DNA of 64,000 nt, taken from UHGV virus genome UHGV-0037395; one strand, written 5' to 3'. The notes under the pieces were generated by a model, which was not told the DNA's origin, did no database searches, and saw only the letters and a program-made list of their open reading frames with translations. This stretch comes from a virus. The translations under genes were made by a program, and so were the position numbers. This document shows, piece by piece, positions 54,313 to 63,069 of the stretch. Each line of letters starts with the position of its first letter. Position 1 is the first letter of the stretch.

Positions 54313-54387
54313 TGGAAAGTAGTGTAATGGTTAGCACTGGAGATTTTGAATCTCTTAGTTAGGGTTCGAATCCCTACTTTCCTGCCA
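54313..54387 (+). tRNA. tRNA-Gln (anticodon TTG)
   Basis: D-arm GTGT AATGGTTA GCAC, stem GGAGA/TCTCT, loop TTTTGAA, TAGGG TTCGAAT CCCTA, CCA. U-U at 1-72. Confidence 0.65.
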
Positions 54388-54393
54388 ATTTAT

Positions 54394-54468
54394 GCGTGAT
54401 TAGTTCAGTGGCTAGAATAACTGGCTTCCAACCAGTAGACACGAGTTCGACTCTCGTATCCCGCACCA
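54394..54468 (+). tRNA. tRNA-Gly (anticodon TCC)
   Basis: Stem ACTGG/CCAGT perfect, loop CTTCCAA, ACGAG TTCGACT CTCGT, CCA. Confidence 0.7.
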
Positions 54469-54485
54469 ATTTTTAAGGGGACATT

Positions 54486-54737
54486 ATGCACGTTTTTGAG
54501 TTCCGTAATAAAAGTACTGATAAACGAGTTATTGTTATCGGAGAAACATACCGAGCATACGAACAAACTGACGGCTCTGTTATCCTGAATGACGAGAAAG
54601 GAGGTTTTAGCTTTTATCCAGAAGAACCTTATGAAGAGTTTCGAAAACAATTTAACCTAGACTGGAGAAAGCATTTAAACACTGTTGCTTCATCTGTAGT
54701 ATTGCCAACTACCAGTACTGTACTCTCTAATGGCTGA
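54486..54737 (+). CDS. hypothetical protein
   Basis: 83-aa ORF with GGGGACATT SD. Confidence 0.45.
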   Translation: MHVFEFRNKSTDKRVIVIGETYRAYEQTDGSVILNDEKGGFSFYPEEPYEEFRKQFNLDWRKHLNTVASSVVLPTTSTVLSNG

Positions 54738-54903
54738 TAACCTAAAAATTAAGATAGACAAACAAAAGAAACGTGTAGAAGTAGAGATTGGTGAAGAACG
54801 TGTTGCCTTTACTTTTGAATTTCTACAACAAATGGCAATGACAGTCATGGCTGATAAGTCTCCTGTTATTGAAAAAGAAATCCCGTTGAAATAACGGGCT
54901 ATC

Positions 54904-54978
54904 GCTCCTAAAGCATTGTTGGCGATGCAGTTGCCTTGTAAGCATCTGAACCGGGTTCGATTCCTGGTGGGAGCACCA
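54904..54978 (+). tRNA. tRNA-Thr (anticodon TGT)
   Basis: Perfect acceptor GCTCCTA/TGGGAGC, D-arm GCAT TGTTGGCG ATGC, loop CTTGTAA, CCGGG TTCGATT CCTGG, CCA. Confidence 0.75.
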
Positions 54979-54993
54979 AATTTAAAAATTCAT

Positions 54994-55022
54994 TTGCTTT
55001 CTCTCTTATTTATTGTTATAAT
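54994..55022 (+). promoter_or_regulatory. early promoter (TTGCTT / 17 / TATAAT)
   Basis: catTTGCTTtctctcttatttattgtTATAAT. Confidence 0.75.
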
Positions 55023-55052
55023 ATTTATATAAATTAATGAGAGGGAAGCCAA

Positions 55053-55346
55053 ATGAAACGTTATCTTTCTGTTGTGTTCCAAACTGGTGGTCAACGCTAT
55101 ACTTACGAATTTCCTGGCTCTTGGAAAATCAAAGAAGGTGATCAAGTAGTTGTACTAACACCGCGTGATGGGTACAAGGTAGTAACGGTTAAGCAAGTCT
55201 TTCCAAAAGATCATGAACTAGCTAAAGGCATTCGCTATAGGATGATTCATGGTGTAGTTCGTCAAGTACCACGGGCGGAAGTCGAAATCAAAGTAGATAA
55301 AGATGGTAAACTTAAATATACCTCTTGCTTAGACGAGTTGCTATAA
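55053..55346 (+). CDS. hypothetical protein
   Basis: 97-aa ORF. SD GAGGGAAG. Confidence 0.45.
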   Translation: MKRYLSVVFQTGGQRYTYEFPGSWKIKEGDQVVVLTPRDGYKVVTVKQVFPKDHELAKGIRYRMIHGVVRQVPRAEVEIKVDKDGKLKYTSCLDELL

Positions 55347-55552
55347 TGAGGATTACTTTTACAGAAAAGATCATGAGTAATGGTGTTATGATCATTACCG
55401 CATGGGACGGTAATCAGTGGTGTAGTGTTTCAGGTATTAAGCCTGAAGAACAAACACTAGAAAATATCTCAAAGATTAAGCGAAGAATGGCAGAACGTGC
55501 ACGACTTCCAGGTGCACCTAGAAATGGCAAACGTTCTGCTGTGAAATGTTAA
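55325..55552 (+). CDS. hypothetical protein
   Basis: 75-aa ORF ending 2 nt before tRNA-Ile. Confidence 0.4.
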   Translation: MLRRVAIMRITFTEKIMSNGVMIITAWDGNQWCSVSGIKPEEQTLENISKIKRRMAERARLPGAPRNGKRSAVKC

Positions 55553-55553
55553 T

Positions 55554-55630
55554 GCTTCGGTAGCTTAGCGATCTAAAGCACTCGGCTGATAACCGAGAGA
55601 TCGGGGGTTTAAATCCCTCCCGGAGTACCA
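55554..55630 (+). tRNA. tRNA-Ile (anticodon GAT)
   Basis: Perfect anticodon stem CTCGG/CCGAG, loop CTGATAA, D-stem GCTT/AAGC, GGGGG TTTAAAT CCCTC, CCA. Confidence 0.75.
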
Positions 55631-55726
55631 AATTTAGGAATTAAGACTATGCGTCCAGGAAAGTTTAAAAAAGCTAATTGGTCTAAAGAGTATAAAGAAT
55701 ACTTACTTAGTCTAGTAAAACATAAT

Positions 55727-55802
55727 AGTTAGTTGGCAGAGTGGTTATGCACCTCCTTCATACGGAGTGACTACAGTGGTTCAAATCCACTACTAACTAC
55801 CA
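55727..55802 (+). tRNA. tRNA-Met-type (anticodon CAT), second CAT tRNA
   Basis: Perfect acceptor AGTTAGT/ACTAACT, loop TTCATAC, AGTGG TTCAAAT CCACT, CCA. Confidence 0.7.
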
Positions 55803-55839
55803 TTAAAAGAGCTAGAGATAGCTAACTTTAGGAGCAGCT

Positions 55840-56034
55840 ATGTTAACAATTAAAATAATGTCAGCCAAGAATGGGGAACAGATTCATACAGGAAAAAGTG
55901 TAAGCTTTAATCCTAGAAATAAAAGACTGGCTATAGTTGGAGTAGACCAAGCCATCTTTTTAAAAGAAGATGAAGTAGCATATGTCATGAACCAAACTGG
56001 TAAGACAGTTTCCGTATACTATGGAAAAGTATAA
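55840..56034 (+). CDS. hypothetical protein
   Basis: 64-aa ORF. SD AGGAG. Confidence 0.4.
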   Translation: MLTIKIMSAKNGEQIHTGKSVSFNPRNKRLAIVGVDQAIFLKEDEVAYVMNQTGKTVSVYYGKV

Positions 56035-56076
56035 AGAATAAATAGCTGAGCCAAATTCTAACATCGGGGAGATCTA

Positions 56077-56445
56077 ATGAAAGCATATCAAAACCTTAAA
56101 TCTGGCGTAATTAATATTGTTCATAATAATCAGATCATTCAGCTATATTCCGATAATGGTGAACTTAAACAGAAAGTTCTAGTTGAAGATCTAGAAGGTA
56201 TCACACCTCACTTTGACCCTGAGGCCTTTCGCATTGTAGATGTGGAAGTGGTTCCTCAAATCGAAGGTGGTCAGCACCTAAATGTCAATGTATTAAGCCG
56301 TGATCAGCTTTTGGATGCGCAGAAACATCCTGAAAAATATCCTCAGTTGACCATTCGTGTCTCTGGCTATGCTGTACGTTTTAATGCACTGACGCGTGAA
56401 CAACAGAACGACGTTATTAGTCGTACATTTACTCAGGCGATGTAA
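56077..56445 (+). CDS. GrcA/YfiD-like autonomous glycyl-radical cofactor protein
   Basis: C-terminal [31 protein letters not shown] is the glycyl-radical domain signature (RVSGY) of the PFL C-terminus / GrcA. 122 aa, the size of stand-alone GrcA. Confidence 0.8.
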   Translation: MKAYQNLKSGVINIVHNNQIIQLYSDNGELKQKVLVEDLEGITPHFDPEAFRIVDVEVVPQIEGGQHLNVNVLSRDQLLDAQKHPEKYPQLTIRVSGYAVRFNALTREQQNDVISRTFTQAM

Positions 56446-56526
56446 TGGGGTTTGGGTACGATTTCTCCCAGCTACGCAAGGTAGTCGAGCAAACTCCGTT
56501 TATCTCCCAAGTTTTAGGAGAAATGT

Positions 56527-56832
56527 GTGGATCGAGCATTAAGACGTCATCACAGGCAACGTGTAAAGAACAACCGCAAGAAGTACTGGACAGTCTTTCC
56601 ACATGAAGAAAGCCCTAAGCGGTTAGGTATTATCACTACTACTCCTTGCATCTGTTCTTGTTGGATGTGTGGGAACCCTCGCAAGTACTATAAGAATAGT
56701 AAAGCAGGCATGAAAACCTCGGAGATCAGGAAAATGGAAGCGATGATTGCGGGCATCACCTATACTGGTGGTATTTCAAATGATGAATTTGATGGCTTTG
56801 TGTCGTTCGAAGATGAACGCCCCGATCTGTAA
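56527..56832 (+). CDS. hypothetical Cys-rich protein
   Basis: 101-aa ORF. The start codon is uncertain. Confidence 0.4.
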   Translation: MDRALRRHHRQRVKNNRKKYWTVFPHEESPKRLGIITTTPCICSCWMCGNPRKYYKNSKAGMKTSEIRKMEAMIAGITYTGGISNDEFDGFVSFEDERPDL

Positions 56833-56838
56833 TTAATA

Positions 56839-56880
56839 ACAAACCCCAGCTATTGAATAAGTAGTCTGGGGGTTTTCTGT
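56839..56880 (+). terminator. rho-independent terminator
   Basis: accccagctattgaataagtagtctggggg plus TTTTCTG. Confidence 0.65.
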
Positions 56881-56953
56881 ATAAAGGTGCATAATATATG
56901 TATAATAAAATTCATCCACATTAGGTTAATTTAAAAGACTTAATGGAGGTAAT

Positions 56954-57301
56954 ATGAGCCGTACTTATCGTAAACAATCTGGTGATCAGTGGTGGAAGTT
57001 TAAAGAACACTTCTCTCAAGAATATTCTTTCTTCAAAGAAAATGGCTACTGGATTCGTGTTATTTATCCCAAATCCTGGGACGACATCAAAAAAGAAATG
57101 AAGGAAGCAACCATTCGTAATGAGAAAAAGGATGGTTATAACTGGAATTCCATTAGTAAGAATGTTAAGTGGCACTCTAATAAAATGGTTCGTCAAGGGA
57201 ATCGTCAAGAACTTCACCGCGTGATGAAAGATCCAGAAAATTACGACTATAATCGCGATCATGACATGCGTAAGCGTGGGTTATGGTGGTGCTATGACTA
57301 A
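56954..57301 (+). CDS. hypothetical protein
   Basis: 115-aa ORF. SD GGAGG. Confidence 0.45.
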   Translation: MSRTYRKQSGDQWWKFKEHFSQEYSFFKENGYWIRVIYPKSWDDIKKEMKEATIRNEKKDGYNWNSISKNVKWHSNKMVRQGNRQELHRVMKDPENYDYNRDHDMRKRGLWWCYD

Positions 57302-57318
57302 ATTCTGAAATAATTCAT

Positions 57319-57348
57319 TTGCTAAACCTCTCTTTTCTTGCTATAATA
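57319..57348 (+). promoter_or_regulatory. early promoter (TTGCTA / 18 / TATAAT)
   Basis: catTTGCTAaacctctcttttcttgcTATAAT. Confidence 0.7.
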
Positions 57349-57377
57349 TGTTTATAAATTGATGAGAGAGGTTTGAA

Positions 57378-57659
57378 ATGAAAACTCGTCTAGACTGTGC
57401 TGTTCATGTTCTTGAGCATGATGTTGCTGGAACCTGTATGTCTTACCACGAAGCAGGTCGTTTAATTAAAGAACGTGTGGCAGATGTGTGCGGATTGAAG
57501 ATTACTGCTGAGGAAGCTGATGATCTTTTAGGTCAAGCACTGGAGAAAACCGAAATGTTCCTCTGCGATTCTTGTTCTTGGTGGTGTGAAGCTCACGAAC
57601 GTTCTTTCAATGATTATGATGTATGTCGTGATTGTAGTGGGGAGGATGAAGATGAATAA
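57378..57659 (+). CDS. hypothetical Cys-rich protein ending ...CSGEDEDE
   Basis: 93-aa ORF. SD GAGAGG. Confidence 0.45.
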   Translation: MKTRLDCAVHVLEHDVAGTCMSYHEAGRLIKERVADVCGLKITAEEADDLLGQALEKTEMFLCDSCSWWCEAHERSFNDYDVCRDCSGEDEDE

Positions 57660-57951
57660 GTTTATTATTGCACTGATGATCTCCACAGTTAGTTTCGGTT
57701 CTCTGGCGTCTACCAAAGTTTCTATGAAAAATGGTAATGTTAAAGTCCAACAGAACGGCATTATTATTGAGTATGGTAAAGTTCGTAATGTTAAAGAACG
57801 TAATGGTAAGGTAGAAATCTATACTAATAAAAACTTCTCTACTCCAGCCGTTACTATTAGCAAACGCGGTGAAATAACCACCCAACGTACTAATAGCTCC
57901 AGTTCTTTTACTTGTCGTTATGATTGCGACTTTGAAGGTGAAGATGAATAA
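57652..57951 (+). CDS. small secreted protein (signal peptide) ending ...CDFEGEDE
   Basis: Start MNKFIIALMIS overlapping the upstream stop (ATGAATAA). Signal peptide with AS-T cleavage-like site. Confidence 0.45.
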   Translation: MNKFIIALMISTVSFGSLASTKVSMKNGNVKVQQNGIIIEYGKVRNVKERNGKVEIYTNKNFSTPAVTISKRGEITTQRTNSSSSFTCRYDCDFEGEDE

Positions 57952-58339
57952 TTTAGACCCTAGAATTAAATTTGCAATTACAGAAATCCAAGATCAAATT
58001 GATGAGGATTTCACTGTTTGGTCAAGGTCTGGTAATGGAGAATATTGCCAGCTTTATAGTATGAAAATGGGTATCTCAATTGAGCTTAATATCAACCCTG
58101 AAGGTAGAGTAGAAGCCCAACCCATGTTTAGCGTTCCAGGCTTCTCTGGATTTGTTGCAGGTATAAAATTGTGTCTACCAAATAACCATCTTCATCGAGT
58201 TATTTGTCAGCTAGAGACTATTAAGCATTTCTTGCCAGAAGATAACATTAATGACTACTACCACGAAGTTGTAGCAGCTCATATGATGAAAGAATCTAAA
58301 CGTCGGAGAGAAGAACGTGAAAAGACTAAACATCAATAG
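57944..58339 (+). CDS. hypothetical protein
   Basis: Start MNNLDP, again overlapping the upstream stop via the same GAAGATGAATAA junction. Confidence 0.45.
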   Translation: MNNLDPRIKFAITEIQDQIDEDFTVWSRSGNGEYCQLYSMKMGISIELNINPEGRVEAQPMFSVPGFSGFVAGIKLCLPNNHLHRVICQLETIKHFLPEDNINDYYHEVVAAHMMKESKRRREEREKTKHQ

Positions 58340-58613
58340 CACAGTGCAGATTCCAGCAACTAAGGATGTTTTAACATTCCTACGAAGTGAAAACGCTCAG
58401 TTTTGGCATGATCATGTTGTAAAGAACGGTAGTACTCCAGATGTAGTTGCCTTTGCTAAAAAACGTATCGAAGAATATAAAGATCCAGAGATTAAAGATG
58501 GGATAATCACTATGCAATTGTGGGTAGCCATGAATACGTTTGGGCCTACTATGAGTCTAGGAGTTACTCCACTGTTTACTAATATTCTAATTAATGAAAA
58601 GGATCTGAAATGA
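58317..58613 (+). CDS. hypothetical protein
   Basis: 98-aa ORF. Confidence 0.45.
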   Translation: MKRLNINSTVQIPATKDVLTFLRSENAQFWHDHVVKNGSTPDVVAFAKKRIEEYKDPEIKDGIITMQLWVAMNTFGPTMSLGVTPLFTNILINEKDLK

Positions 58614-58894
58614 TTATTTCTCCATTTGCTCTTTGGTTCGTCATTGGATCTATAGTAGCTATTTACAGCTTGGTTGATGATCTGTATATTTCTAAAAATA
58701 AAGATGTAATATTATACGTTATACATAAAACTCGACCGTTAGATCTGCCTCCTCTTGATGATAAAACATTACTCAGATGTGCTAGATCTATGATATTTGT
58801 TGTGGATATTCTTCTAGGCCCAACATCTGTGTTTTTCTTTTATAGAAAGACTCGTAATATGAAAAAATTTAAAGCTGAAATGCAGAGTACCTAA
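58610..58894 (+). CDS. small membrane protein
   Basis: N-terminal TM helix. ATGA coupling. Confidence 0.45.
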   Translation: MIISPFALWFVIGSIVAIYSLVDDLYISKNKDVILYVIHKTRPLDLPPLDDKTLLRCARSMIFVVDILLGPTSVFFFYRKTRNMKKFKAEMQST

Positions 58895-59004
58895 AGAACT
58901 CGCGTAGGACCGAGTTGCGTCACCTGCAATTGTTACGGATAAGGGAGTCGTGCCCCTTAGTGCGGTAAGTGGTGAGGTGGCTGCTAGCCCTAACTGGAGA
59001 TAAT

Positions 59005-59349
59005 ATGACTATATTACTAATTCTTGTTACAACTTGGTTTTTAATCGGTGCTGGATATGCGATAGCTATTATTAGACATCTGGACGAATATTCTGCTGAA
59101 TGGTTTGTTAAGTATCTACGTATTGATGATCAAGAACAGAAGTTTAAAGATGAAAAGCAGAAAAAAGCAGTAAATAATATGACAGCCAAAGAATGCTTGT
59201 TCTACATGCGTATTGTAGGGTTCTTTGGACTATTAGTTGCTGGCCCAATTGGTTCTACCATTGCCCCATATAAAGAAACAGTTGCTGACATCAAATTGTG
59301 GAGAAATGCAGGGGTACTACGCAAAGCTAGAGAAACTAATATTACATAA
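59005..59349 (+). CDS. membrane protein (two TM helices)
   Basis: Start at MTILLILV. Second TM at FFGLLVAGPIG. Confidence 0.4.
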   Translation: MTILLILVTTWFLIGAGYAIAIIRHLDEYSAEWFVKYLRIDDQEQKFKDEKQKKAVNNMTAKECLFYMRIVGFFGLLVAGPIGSTIAPYKETVADIKLWRNAGVLRKARETNIT

Positions 59350-59393
59350 GATTGATATTAAATCAACTTACTAGCAAAAGCAAATAATGACAA

Positions 59394-59428
59394 AGCCCAG
59401 CCTGCAAAGTTGCGACTGGGCTATTTTT
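59394..59428 (+). terminator. rho-independent terminator
   Basis: agcccagcctgcaaagttgcgactgggct plus ATTTTTAT. Confidence 0.7.
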
Positions 59429-59443
59429 ATAATAAAATTTTAG

Positions 59444-59472
59444 TTGCTTAGATGCCCAAACTTTTGTATAAT
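59444..59472 (+). promoter_or_regulatory. early promoter (TTGCTT / 17 / TATAAT)
   Basis: tagTTGCTTagatgcccaaacttttgTATAAT. Confidence 0.75.
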
Positions 59473-59503
59473 ATGTTTATAGATTGAGGCAAGAGGATTA
59501 AAT

Positions 59504-60202
59504 ATGAGGATTATTTCTAAGTTCGCCGATGTGTATGATTTGCAGAACAGTTTGTTCGACCCAGATCGTGTTTGGGAACGTAAAACTGAAGAGTTGCTGG
59601 TTAAAGTAACCGATGATGCAGAAAAGAACATTGTGCATACTCGCCAGGTATTTCGTGATGGTTCGCTATCTTTCCGTGGTGATTTCGAATATTTTGTAAA
59701 CCCACTATTTGTTGCAGGTGAAGTTTACTGGTTACACGAGCTGTACTGCTGGCATCCAGAGTTTAGCTTCAAAACGTTCGACCTCGACACTATGTTCGAT
59801 AAAATGGAAGAGATGGGATTGCATGCTCGCTCTTATTTAATGGATAAGAGTCGCGGAGATGTTCGTGAAACAATGCGTGATTTGCTCGCGGAAGCAAAAC
59901 CTAAAGCAGAACGTATCTTATCCGAACTGCGTGTACCAATTGCATATGTGAAAGGTATTAAAAAGAACGATAACGATGATGTTCGTAACTTCGTGATTCA
60001 GACTAACATTCGTTTCCATCAATCAGGTATTCCGTGGCAGGAAATTGAAAGTAACTTATACCGTTTACACCAAGTTCTCGAACAGTATATCTTTGGGGTA
60101 CTAGGAACTGGTGAGCCTGATATGATTAAAGTATCAGATAAAGACAGGTTAGCAGCGCATGGATTTGATACAAAAACTTCTTTCAGGAATATGGCACGGT
60201 AA
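59504..60202 (+). CDS. hypothetical protein
   Basis: 232-aa ORF. SD AAGAGGA. Confidence 0.5.
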   Translation: MRIISKFADVYDLQNSLFDPDRVWERKTEELLVKVTDDAEKNIVHTRQVFRDGSLSFRGDFEYFVNPLFVAGEVYWLHELYCWHPEFSFKTFDLDTMFDKMEEMGLHARSYLMDKSRGDVRETMRDLLAEAKPKAERILSELRVPIAYVKGIKKNDNDDVRNFVIQTNIRFHQSGIPWQEIESNLYRLHQVLEQYIFGVLGTGEPDMIKVSDKDRLAAHGFDTKTSFRNMAR

Positions 60203-60608
60203 GTGGTATATCCTGGGAGCAGGTCTAGCGATAGGCATCGGGTTTGGTGCTTATCACTTAGTAGATAAAGTGGAGACTCTAGCAGGTGATCTTGCAGTAG
60301 CTACTAAAAAGATCTCTTCTCTAGAGACTTCGCTTAATAAGGTGAAAGCTGAAAGTGAACTTCGTGAGACTAGAATGAATCAGTATTTCACGATGAATAA
60401 TATTTCTCAAGCAGATCTAGACAAAAAGATTAAGCAGTTAGATAAAGCACTTAGTCGCCAAGATATTATAGCTGCAAAGCCTGGATTGGTAACATTAATT
60501 GCTAAAAAGCAGAGTAAAGAGTTCGAGGAAAGATTAGCGTGTTTAACTGGAAACTTGGAATACTGCTCGCAGCCGCAATCACAATCACAGGCTGTGCAGA
60601 AGAAATAA
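60159..60608 (+). CDS. membrane-anchored coiled-coil protein (i-spanin-like architecture)
   Basis: N-terminal TM (WYILGAGLAIGIGFGAY) followed by a coiled coil. The next gene starts inside its 3' end in another frame. Function inferred from architecture only. Confidence 0.35.
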   Translation: MDLIQKLLSGIWHGKWYILGAGLAIGIGFGAYHLVDKVETLAGDLAVATKKISSLETSLNKVKAESELRETRMNQYFTMNNISQADLDKKIKQLDKALSRQDIIAAKPGLVTLIAKKQSKEFEERLACLTGNLEYCSQPQSQSQAVQKK

Positions 60609-60892
60609 AACCAGAGCCATCTCATGAGTTAAAGCAAGCTCATGTAGGCTGGCCTAAAGGACTTCAACCTTGTAGCTTTGACTTTAAGTTTGAAAAGAAA
60701 TTAGCTACAAATGGAGAAGATGGCGTAGTAGTTGTTGTACCATATAAAGATTGGAATATGTTGGCAAAATGCCGTGAGGCAGAATACTCATATATTTCAC
60801 GACTGACAAGTATGGTTTGCTTCTATCGTCAAGATTTACAAGAAAAACGTTGTTTAGTATATTATCCACCAATTAACAATAGGAAAGATTAA
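60539..60892 (+). CDS. lipoprotein (o-spanin-like architecture)
   Basis: Signal peptide with ITGC lipobox. Embedded start within the upstream gene. Cys residues in the periplasmic part. Confidence 0.4.
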   Translation: MFNWKLGILLAAAITITGCAEEIKPEPSHELKQAHVGWPKGLQPCSFDFKFEKKLATNGEDGVVVVVPYKDWNMLAKCREAEYSYISRLTSMVCFYRQDLQEKRCLVYYPPINNRKD

Positions 60893-61644
60893 TGTCAGTA
60901 TTAGTCGGTTTACATGGTGAAGCTGGTTCGGGAAAAGATACCGTTGCAAAATTAATTATCGATTGGTGTAATGACACGTATCCAACGTGCTTATCTCGTC
61001 GTTATAGTTTTGCTAAGCCCGTTTATGAACTTGCATCCGTAATCCTCGGTGTAACTCCAGAGTTTCTAGGAGAGCGCAGGGGAAAAGAGATTGACCAATG
61101 GTTTACGGTCACACAATCTCAGTTGGAGCGAGCCAGGGATGTATGGTTTAAGTACGGTATCGATAAGTTCGAAGACTTCTCGTACGTTTGGCCTATTTTT
61201 GAGGAAAAATATCTTAATCCTCAACAACTTATATCAGAGAATAAAGAAGACGGTCTTTATAGCTTATTTATTTCTCCGAGAAAAATGTTACAGCTCGTAG
61301 GAACAGAGCTAGGAAGGCAGCTGGTGCATGAACGCATTTGGCTCATAATTCTGGAGCAATCCATCGCTAAAGACGACCCAGATGTCGCCGTAATAACAGA
61401 TGTTAGATTCCCCAATGAAGGAGAGCTACTCAGAGAAACAAACCATTTAGATATGGATTCTTTGATAGTAAATGTAGTACCAGCTGAGCAGAAGTTCACT
61501 ATTAAATCAGATCATCCATCTGAAAGTGGTATTCCTGCAAAATATATTACTCACGAATTAGTTAATAAATTCGATGGTATCAATAACCTTAAACTAGAAG
61601 TTTATAACTTCTGTGACTTAGAGCTAGAACCACTAGTTGGATAA
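60892..61644 (+). CDS. dnk: deoxynucleoside monophosphate kinase
   Basis: N-terminal P-loop GLHGEAGSGKDT as in T4/T5 dNMP kinases. 250 aa. Confidence 0.75.
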   Translation: MSVLVGLHGEAGSGKDTVAKLIIDWCNDTYPTCLSRRYSFAKPVYELASVILGVTPEFLGERRGKEIDQWFTVTQSQLERARDVWFKYGIDKFEDFSYVWPIFEEKYLNPQQLISENKEDGLYSLFISPRKMLQLVGTELGRQLVHERIWLIILEQSIAKDDPDVAVITDVRFPNEGELLRETNHLDMDSLIVNVVPAEQKFTIKSDHPSESGIPAKYITHELVNKFDGINNLKLEVYNFCDLELEPLVG

Positions 61645-61656
61645 TCAAGGATCGCT

Positions 61657-62256
61657 ATGACTAATAAAAAAGAAGAAAAGACTAACCTGTTTCACTCCAT
61701 TCGCCAATCTAATGAGTATACCTTTTTCTTTGATGAAGAATTAGGCCCGCCGGATGAATACCGTGATTTATCAATGGTACTTATGCAAGCAAATGAGGAC
61801 GACGAAATTAATCTGATGATTAATGGTCCAGGTGGTTATGTTGATACTGCTGCACAATTATCTAACTTAATTGCTAATTGCCGTGGAACAGTTATAGGAC
61901 ATCTGGTTGGTCCTAGTGCTTCTGCTTACTGCACAATTTTCCTATCCTGTCATGGATGGGTAGTACATCCACATGCTACGCTAATGGGACACACGTTCTC
62001 TGGCGGATTCTGTGAGAAAGGTCAAGAAATCAAGAAAGCCTATGAATCTTACAACAAGTTCGTAGAAGATATGATGCTAGATGTCTACTATCCGTTCTTC
62101 TCAATAGATGAGATCGACGAGATGGTAAAAGACAACAAAAATATCTATCTAGATAGCAAGGAAATCCATAAGCGTATTGAAATCTTGGCGAAATATCGAT
62201 CTGAGCAATATAATAAAGCCCAGTTACCTCAATCCGAGGAGCACAACGAAGAGTAA
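61657..62256 (+). CDS. ClpP-like (S14) serine protease
   Basis: INGPGGYVDTA (cf. ClpP INSPGG), Ser in SASAYC, downstream His. 199 aa. Confidence 0.6.
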   Translation: MTNKKEEKTNLFHSIRQSNEYTFFFDEELGPPDEYRDLSMVLMQANEDDEINLMINGPGGYVDTAAQLSNLIANCRGTVIGHLVGPSASAYCTIFLSCHGWVVHPHATLMGHTFSGGFCEKGQEIKKAYESYNKFVEDMMLDVYYPFFSIDEIDEMVKDNKNIYLDSKEIHKRIEILAKYRSEQYNKAQLPQSEEHNEE

Positions 62257-62261
62257 GTAAT

Positions 62262-62300
62262 TTTAAGCCAGGGTTTAACGACCCTGGCTTTTCTTTTATC
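62262..62300 (+). terminator. rho-independent terminator
   Basis: agccagggtttaacgaccctggct plus TTTCTTTTAT. Confidence 0.75.
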
Positions 62301-62359
62301 TAAAATTCTTCTTGACAACGACAAAATTTTATGCTCCAGAAGTGATCTTTAAAAACACA

Positions 62360-62388
62360 TTGTAATTTTCCTCCAAAATTAGTATAAT
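62360..62388 (+). promoter_or_regulatory. promoter for the lysis cassette (TTGTAA / 17 / TATAAT)
   Basis: cattgtaattttcctccaaaattagTATAATgg. An upstream TTGACA is also present. Confidence 0.5.
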
Positions 62389-62412
62389 GGTAATGGTTAG
62401 AGGAGGTTACAA

Positions 62413-63069
62413 TTGGAAAAGTTCTTACAATTATTAACAGTACTGCTCCAAGAAGCGAAAGATCCAGCATCGCTTCTTAAACGTCTGCTAACTATCTTAG
62501 TTGCTGTCATTATTTTCTTATTTGTTAGTAATACTAGCGAGGTGATGTCATTCTTAAAGACTTTCTCCACGTCTGCGGTTCTACAGGATGTTCAAACTCA
62601 AAGGATAGATAACTTTCCTAATGTAGCTAGAGAAAAGAGCATGGTACTCTTTTCTCAAACGGGTGCGGATGCTGTTTTTGTCGTCAAGTATAAACCCGAT
62701 GCCATTAATGATTATTCTAACATTATTGCATGGGAAAGCAATGCGCAATTAGATAGGGCTGACTTGGCCGATAAAGCGGTAAATAAAACGTCTGAGCTAT
62801 ATAGACGTCACTTGGAAGGCTTTAACTACGCATCGGATTTAAGTGTAAAAGTAAATAAATACATGGGGTTAAATATACCTGCGTTTAAGAACGTTACTTT
62901 TAATTACATATACACTTGTCCGTATTTCAATCTAAACAATATCTATGCTGGATATATTGGTATTGCTTGGAAAGATAATCCTGTAGATGCAGCCGATTCT
63001 GAGAAATTTAATGAGTATTTAACAAAGCTCTGTTCCCCACAACAGAGATCTTTAGGTAGATCAATATGA
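62413..63069 (+). CDS. hol: holin
   Basis: 218 aa with an N-terminal TM helix, immediately upstream of and ATGA-coupled to the endolysin. T5 holin has the same size and position (recalled). Confidence 0.55.
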   Translation: MEKFLQLLTVLLQEAKDPASLLKRLLTILVAVIIFLFVSNTSEVMSFLKTFSTSAVLQDVQTQRIDNFPNVAREKSMVLFSQTGADAVFVVKYKPDAINDYSNIIAWESNAQLDRADLADKAVNKTSELYRRHLEGFNYASDLSVKVNKYMGLNIPAFKNVTFNYIYTCPYFNLNNIYAGYIGIAWKDNPVDAADSEKFNEYLTKLCSPQQRSLGRSI

